From the NCBI GenBank assembly GCA_009103225.1, contig RHPI01001891.1, positions 1 through 41,318 of the forward strand: DNA of 41,318 bases. The letters are read 5' to 3'. Origin of the DNA: Chlorokybus atmophyticus (taxonomy: Eukaryota > Plantae > Mesostigma and Chlorokybus algae). Position numbers and translations under genes: made by a program. This document shows positions 35,961-41,318 of this stretch, one piece after another. The notes below the pieces were generated by a model. That model saw only the letters and a program-made list of their open reading frames with translations, was not told the origin of the DNA and searched no databases. Positions within the stretch are counted from its first letter, which is position 1. Each line of letters starts with the position of its first letter.

Positions 35961-38264
35961 GCAGGCTTGATGGTCCTGCTCTTTGTTCTCCTCCAGCTGT
36001 GCCACGTGCGCCATCAGGGCTGCCACCTGGTCAATAGCCGGTGGATTGGTTGGTGCCTTTATAGCAGCACCTCCAGCACGAGGACGTCCCTTAGGTCCTC
36101 TATGCTATGAAGCGCGGTTTTTCCCTCTGTAGCCAGCTTCTTCCTTGCGGGCCCCAGCGTTGTTGTTGTTGTTGGGTTGTGGCTACCAGCGTTGTTGCCG
36201 TTGTTGCGATCACCAGCGTTGTTGCTGTTGTTGTAGCCGCCAGCGTGGTTGCTGTTGTTGTAGCCCCCGTTGTTGTTGTTGTTGTTGTTGTTGTTGTTGC
36301 CGCGGTAGCCAACAGCATTGCCGTTGTTGTAGCCAATAGAGGGCCGCAGCTCAGGGAACTTGAGCCAGCATACTGTCTCCAAGTGTCCCGTCTTGTGGCA
36401 GTAGTCGCACACAAGGTTGCCGTAATCTTTGGTGCACTCCTTTTGGTAGTGGCCATGTCGACCACACCGGTGGCACAGCACTGGAGCCACAAGGGCAGCA
36501 TGAGCTGACCGTTTATCCTTGTGGTGGATGCCTTGCGGCTCTCAGCTGCAGTCCCGCCGAAGAGGCTCTGCAGTTGTGCCTGCCATAGGCCGCGAGGCAC
36601 TGCGGTTGATGTCCAGCACCGCTTTCTCATACACTGCACGCTTATGGATGGCTTGTGCAGTCTCGAAAGCTTCCTTGAGGGTGTAGCCGAGGGGCCTGCT
36701 GTAGTTCAGCGTCAGGCGCGTTGACTCACTCAGGGTGGGATCCAACTCGGCCACATACACCACTGCTGCCGCCTCCTCACTGACGATCTTGTAGTCAGTG
36801 TCTTTAAGCAACCCTTCCAACCGTNGCAGTCGGAGAGGGTCCTCGTGGGGCTTCCGTCAAAAACGCCTCAACTCCTCCACCTTGCAGTTGGTTTGAGGTG
36901 GGAAGGTGCGCCGGAGTGCGGCGTAGAGGTCCTTTAACGGGGAGTCCGACATGGCCGCGCCCACCGTAAGCGCGGGTGCACGCAATGCCACTGAGCCGAG
37001 GGTAAAAACACTGCCTCCCGCTGGAGCACGCAAGTTCGGTGTTGGTAGCAGGGGCGTACCCATCTCCAATGCTGCAGCTTGCTGCTCCTCTTGTTGCTCC
37101 CTGATGATGGCAGCGGTGCGGTTGAGTATCCTGATCCGGCGCTCGGCCTTCTTGCTTTCGATCTCTGCAGGAGTCAATGAGGCCACTACCACCTCAACTT
37201 CTTCATTCTCTGCCTTCTCCATGGCTGCAGCTAGAGTGAGACCCGTGACTGAGGCTGGCGGGGCCGCTGCTACAGGGACAGTAACCAATGGGCTATGCAG
37301 TGACGTGGCGGCTATTGTGCTGGCCAACTCGCCATAGCCATCAATCTTGTGCAACTTAGCGACGGACTTCCACACATCATGTGCTTCGTAATCAAGGTAT
37401 TGAGCGGACACATGAAACAATACCTCATCTGTCCAGTACTTGCTCTTGAGGGCTTGATGCCGCATCTTGGAGTGGAACTTGATGATGAACTCGGCAAGTG
37501 AGGTGGTGCCAGGGCGTCCGGGGAAGCGTAGGGAGTTGGTTGAGCTGGAAGGCTCCATCTCTTCGTCGTCACTGTCCGACGGTGGTGGAGATGCTCGTTG
37601 GCGAGGAGTGGAGTGAGAGGAGGTGAAGCCGGAGACGGGGCGTGAGCCTCTGCTGCTACGGTAATCGCTCCCTTCACTTGCGCGCTCGTAGGTAAGGTTG
37701 GAGGTTGGGCTCCAGCTGTTGAGGTCCCCTTCTTCTATTGGCGAGAAAGGGGTGGGCCTGCTCATACAGCTGATGCAATGGTAAAAGTGGATGAAGGGTA
37801 GAGTGTTTGTGCTCTACAATGGGATCTCCAGTGCTGCTATCACCCGATACACTAGCGCTTGTGCGCGCTATGCGATGACGGTGACAACACTGCACTGCGA
37901 TGTGTACAACTACAAATTGCGATGCTGATGTACAGCCTGCAACTACACTCACTTGAGCAAAGAGGGTGACACTGTAAGTCAACAAGCCACTACTATAGGT
38001 AGTGCTGTTTACACAGTTCTTCGCGTGAGTGGAAGAGAAATTACACTGTTAAGTGAGGTGAATGAACAAGCAACACGTGGATGCTATGCCCTGACTGATG
38101 CCAACAAGCACACCGCGACCAAGTACACAAAGCTCACAGCAAGGACAAGCACAGTGCACAAAAACATGCGCAGGCTCTTACACGGTGAGGGGATTATTGG
38201 GAACCGGGACGGTGTGTTTCGTAGTTCAAGTCGCTTCACAAGCTCTTAGCTTTCTCACTTACAG

Positions 38265-38581
38265 TGTCATCAGCTGATCCGGTAAACACTGTGCCTACTT
38301 ATACAAGTCAACTCATGACTGTTCAAAACATAAGCTAACGGTCATATCGAAGCTATTTCCACAGGGAATCCCCATTCGATATAGAATCCGACTTATAACT
38401 GAACTCACAACTGAACAGCTACGCGCGGTGCCTATGTAGGCTATGGTCATGAGCTACTCTAGCAACATAACCTAGCTACTGGTCAGAGACGCGCGCGGGT
38501 TGCCATGCTGGTAAGCCGGGTGAGGGTCTCGCTGTAGGCATGCCCGATGACGACTGGCATGCTTGGGCGACAGGCATGACA
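38265..38581 (-). repeat. Putative 5' LTR of element B (TGTCA...TGACA, 317 bp)
   Basis: Abuts the AACA TSD; shares terminal motifs with 19407-19732; no matching copy at the other end of element B. Confidence 0.55.
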
Positions 38582-41235
38582 AACAGCACAAGCCAACTGC
38601 GCTGCGAACGCGCTATGGGGTTTTTTCCCAGACAGCATCACAGACTGCTCAGTAACAGACAATTAGCAGAGGGCAACTCCCGGGTCGCGCCTTAGACCAG
38701 ATGAGTATGGGCTGGTTGCTGGAGATGCGCTTCGCCATTCAAGGCCGACGGGTGTCTCTCAAAAAACTTGAACACTTGTCTGGGGGGCGGGTTAAGCGCT
38801 CCAATACTGTCGCGGCCCACACCGCCTTGGAGATTGCTCACATGGAAGAGCAGGCAGCAGTCACAGTGGAGGATATCCCTGTGAAGGCGACAGCCACGTC
38901 ATGGGATCATGCCATGGGACCCTTAGCTATAGGGCTCGTGAAGGAGCAGTTCGAGGCTCTCCTCAACAACTGAAGAGCTCAGTTCAGCTTCAACGTTAAG
39001 GAGTTAGCAAGTGCTTGGTGTACCAGATGGACATCGACCTCGTCAATGATGAACCGGTGTTCAGAAGGCAGTACATATCGTCAAGTTAGAGGAAGACTTG
39101 GTGGAGCAGCGACGCAAGGCATTGCCGGAGGCGGGACTCATCGAAGAGTCCACGTCAGACTTTGCCGCCGCCACAGTCATGCCCCTCAAGAAGGACTTGG
39201 AGGGCAACTGCACAGAACGGCGTATGTGTGGGGACTATCGCCCACTTAACAACAGACCAAGCAGGACCGGTACCTAATGCCAACGGCGGAGGGCATCTTC
39301 GACGACATTGGCGCGTGCAATGTGTTTAGCATTCTAGACATGCGGCAGGGGTACAATTAGATCGAGATCAAGCCCGAAGATAAGACGGCATTCTGGGGCA
39401 ACCGGCAGCTCTACCACTGGATGGTCATGCCTTTCGGACTGAAAAACGCGCCGGCAAAGTTCTGGCACATGATGGACAAGGCGTTGAAGGGATGCTCCTT
39501 CGCGGGGTGCTACATCAACAACATCCTAATCTTCAATCACACGGCGGAGGAGCGTCTGCTCCACGTTGAGGAGGTGCTAACAAGAGTTCAAGCAGTAGGG
39601 ATGACTGTGCACCCTGACAAGTGCACTTTCTTTACCCACAAGGTCCCCTATCTCGGCCACATGATTGTGCCCAATGGCGTGTACGTTCAACAGACCAAGG
39701 TGGAGGCTTTGGCATCTATCCATGCCCCGACAGACCTGACACGACTGCGTGCCTTCCTTGGCCTCGCCAACTACTACAGGAGGTTCGTCAAAGAGTTTGC
39801 CAAGGTGGCGCGCCCCCTCAACAAACTTCTCAAGAAGGAGACATAGTGGAGTTGGAAGGAGGCCCACCAACAGGCTTTCAAAGAGCTGAAGTCGAGGCTC
39901 ACCTCAGCCCCCATTTTGCAGCGACCGGACTACACCAAACCCTTTGTTGTTCGCACCGATTGGAGCAAGCTCGGCATGGGTGCTGTATTGGTTCAGCTCG
40001 TCGATAACAAGAGGGAAGGGGTGGTGTCCTACGCAAGCCGCAGCAACAACAGCGCGGAGGCCAACTACAGCAGTTACGAAGGCGAATGCCTTGCTGCAGT
40101 AAGGGCCATCTCCTTCTTCAGACGTTTTTTGTTGGGAAGACAGTTCTTACTGATCACCGACCACCAACCACTGCACTGACTCATGACCAACCAGCATCTT
40201 ACGGGCAAGTTGGCCAGATGGGCTCTGCTGCTACAGGAATACGACTTTCAGATCAACCACCGGGCAGACCTGGTCAATTAGAACGCAAATGGACTTAGTC
40301 GCAACCCCCACCTGTCAACCAACGACGTCACTGGTGCCCAACATGAGCTGGATCCAGTGGCACCACCACCGCAGGTGGCCACCATGTTTGCCGTAGCTGC
40401 ATTGCGCTCGGGACGGGACACCATCACAGGAGCGGCTCCGACAATGCCGGAACAGAGGAGATGCCAGCGCTCACCCTCGTCGACACCGACTCATCTGAAC
40501 AGACCACGCCAGATGATGCCCAACCCCGGCTGCATACCTAGGTCAAGACATTTGGTTGGACAAGAACTCTATGGTCTACCTACAACATGAACAACAGGCA
40601 GGGCCAAGCGCGCGAGAGGGTGACCGCGCAGCGCTGCCAAAACTATCAATGGGAGGATGGACTCGTCTTCCGGCGTTTCCACATCCATGAAAAAGAGGTT
40701 CCGGCTTCGCACCGGCGCGAGGGCATCATTTCTACACTTCACCCAGCGTCGGGGCACTTCGGTATCAAGCGCACCGTTAGCTTGGTGAGTGCCCAGTACT
40801 GGTGGCATGGCATGCACACCCAGGTTCGCACCTTTGTTCCAAACTGCACGCACTGCGACCTGGTGCGTGCCAGCCTCAACACCCGCACCAGCACGCTGCA
40901 CCCACTCTATATTACCGGCATGTTCTACCGGTAGGGACTGGACATCCTTAGAGATCTAGCACCCTCAGCTCGAGGCAACAAGTACATCCTCATCATGATC
41001 GAGCACATTTCCAAGTGGGTTGAGCTGGTCCCCCTTCTCAACAAAAGCAGCAGAGGAACCGCTCAGGCTTTCGTCAACCATGTGCTTAGTCACTTCGGCT
41101 CATGCGCTGAAGTCATCACCGACCAGGGAGCGGAGTTCCGCGGCGAGTTCGACTCCTTGCTGGATCGCTCCTACATCGACCACCGGCGCACCTTACGTGA
41201 CCATCCGCAGGCGGAACGTACTGTCCAGACCATTA
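38582..41235 (+). mobile_element. 3' part of element A: end of methyltransferase, RT, RNase H, integrase (decayed)
   Basis: ERAMGFF, GRALDQ, RRMCGDY, MPFGLKNAPAKF, CYINNILIF, RAFLGLANYYRRF, TDHQPL, GHFG...CTHC, ITDQG, AERTVQTI; many stops and frameshifts; homology to element B ends at ~41235. Confidence 0.9.
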
Positions 41236-41318
41236 CACACGGCGCCTGCAGCAGAATCCGTTCTCGGCACAAGCCAGTTGTGCCGTCAGCGGCACCTGCC
41301 TTCGAGTTCTGCGAACAG

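Larger units (their letters stand above)
32852..37765 (-). pseudogene. gag of element B, split by the copia insertion (37765-35961 plus 33315-32852)
   Basis: ATG at 37765; CHRCGRHGHYQKEC and CDYCHKTGHLETVC; Asn/Gly/Tyr-rich tract. Removing the copia element restores DHQACYAARWA, homologous to EYRACYTAHWA in element A. Confidence 0.85.
25722..38581 (-). mobile_element. Ty3/gypsy-type retrotransposon B: gag - unassigned region - protease - DNMT3-like - RT - RNase H - integrase - PHD, with a copia insertion
   Basis: Domain order PR-RT-RH-INT (gypsy). Flanked by a 4-bp direct repeat AACA (25718-21 and 38582-85); removing the element restores an in-frame VFDNSTSQLRCERAMGFFP in the host element. 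Several stops and frameshifts. Confidence 0.9.

Noticed and set aside
37970-38266. CACTG...CAGTG-bounded segment as a CACTA-type MITE
   Set aside because: Flanks (TGA/TCA) extend the inverted repeat rather than forming a direct TSD, and the same structure sits at the same position in element A.
20279-41235. Premature stops mostly from CAA/CAG/TGG, suggesting RIP-like or CpA-directed mutation
   Set aside because: Ascertainment bias: these, plus CGA, are the only codons one transition away from a stop.
1-41318. tRNA, rRNA or CRISPR arrays
   Set aside because: No cloverleaf, rRNA-like segment or repeat-spacer periodicity seen by eye; tRNAscan-SE/Infernal would be needed to exclude small RNA genes.

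Overview
Eukaryotic chromosome end. A (CCCTAA)n telomere (TTAGGG type) occupies 1-146, with two short internal telomeric tracts at 1110-1130 and 1887-1918. An apparently intact 16-exon class III nucleotide cyclase with 2x(6TM + catalytic domain) topology follows (3411-9295, +); its C1/C2 catalytic roles are swapped relative to mammalian adenylyl cyclases. Next come decayed LINE and DNA-transposon debris with two assembly gaps (about 10.1-16 kb) and an inverted, frameshifted 3'-half paralog of the cyclase (16890-19404, -). The remaining ~22 kb is a nest of LTR retrotransposons. A Ty3/gypsy-type element (19407-25721, resuming at 38582-41235, +) is split inside its own methyltransferase domain by a related element (25722-38581, -), which is itself interrupted by a non-autonomous Ty1/copia element (33316-35960, +, 5-bp TSD). 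The main signal: both gypsy-type elements carry a DNMT3-like C5 cytosine methyltransferase within pol, between protease and RT, and a ~580-codon unassigned region between gag and protease. The inner element also ends in an integrase-PHD finger. Both lack a tRNA-type PBS and show a conserved fold-back instead, and the TSD-bounded inner element has two non-matching termini. All retroelement copies here are decayed. A streptophyte/green alga host is inferred, not shown. All alignments were done by eye and no database searches were run.
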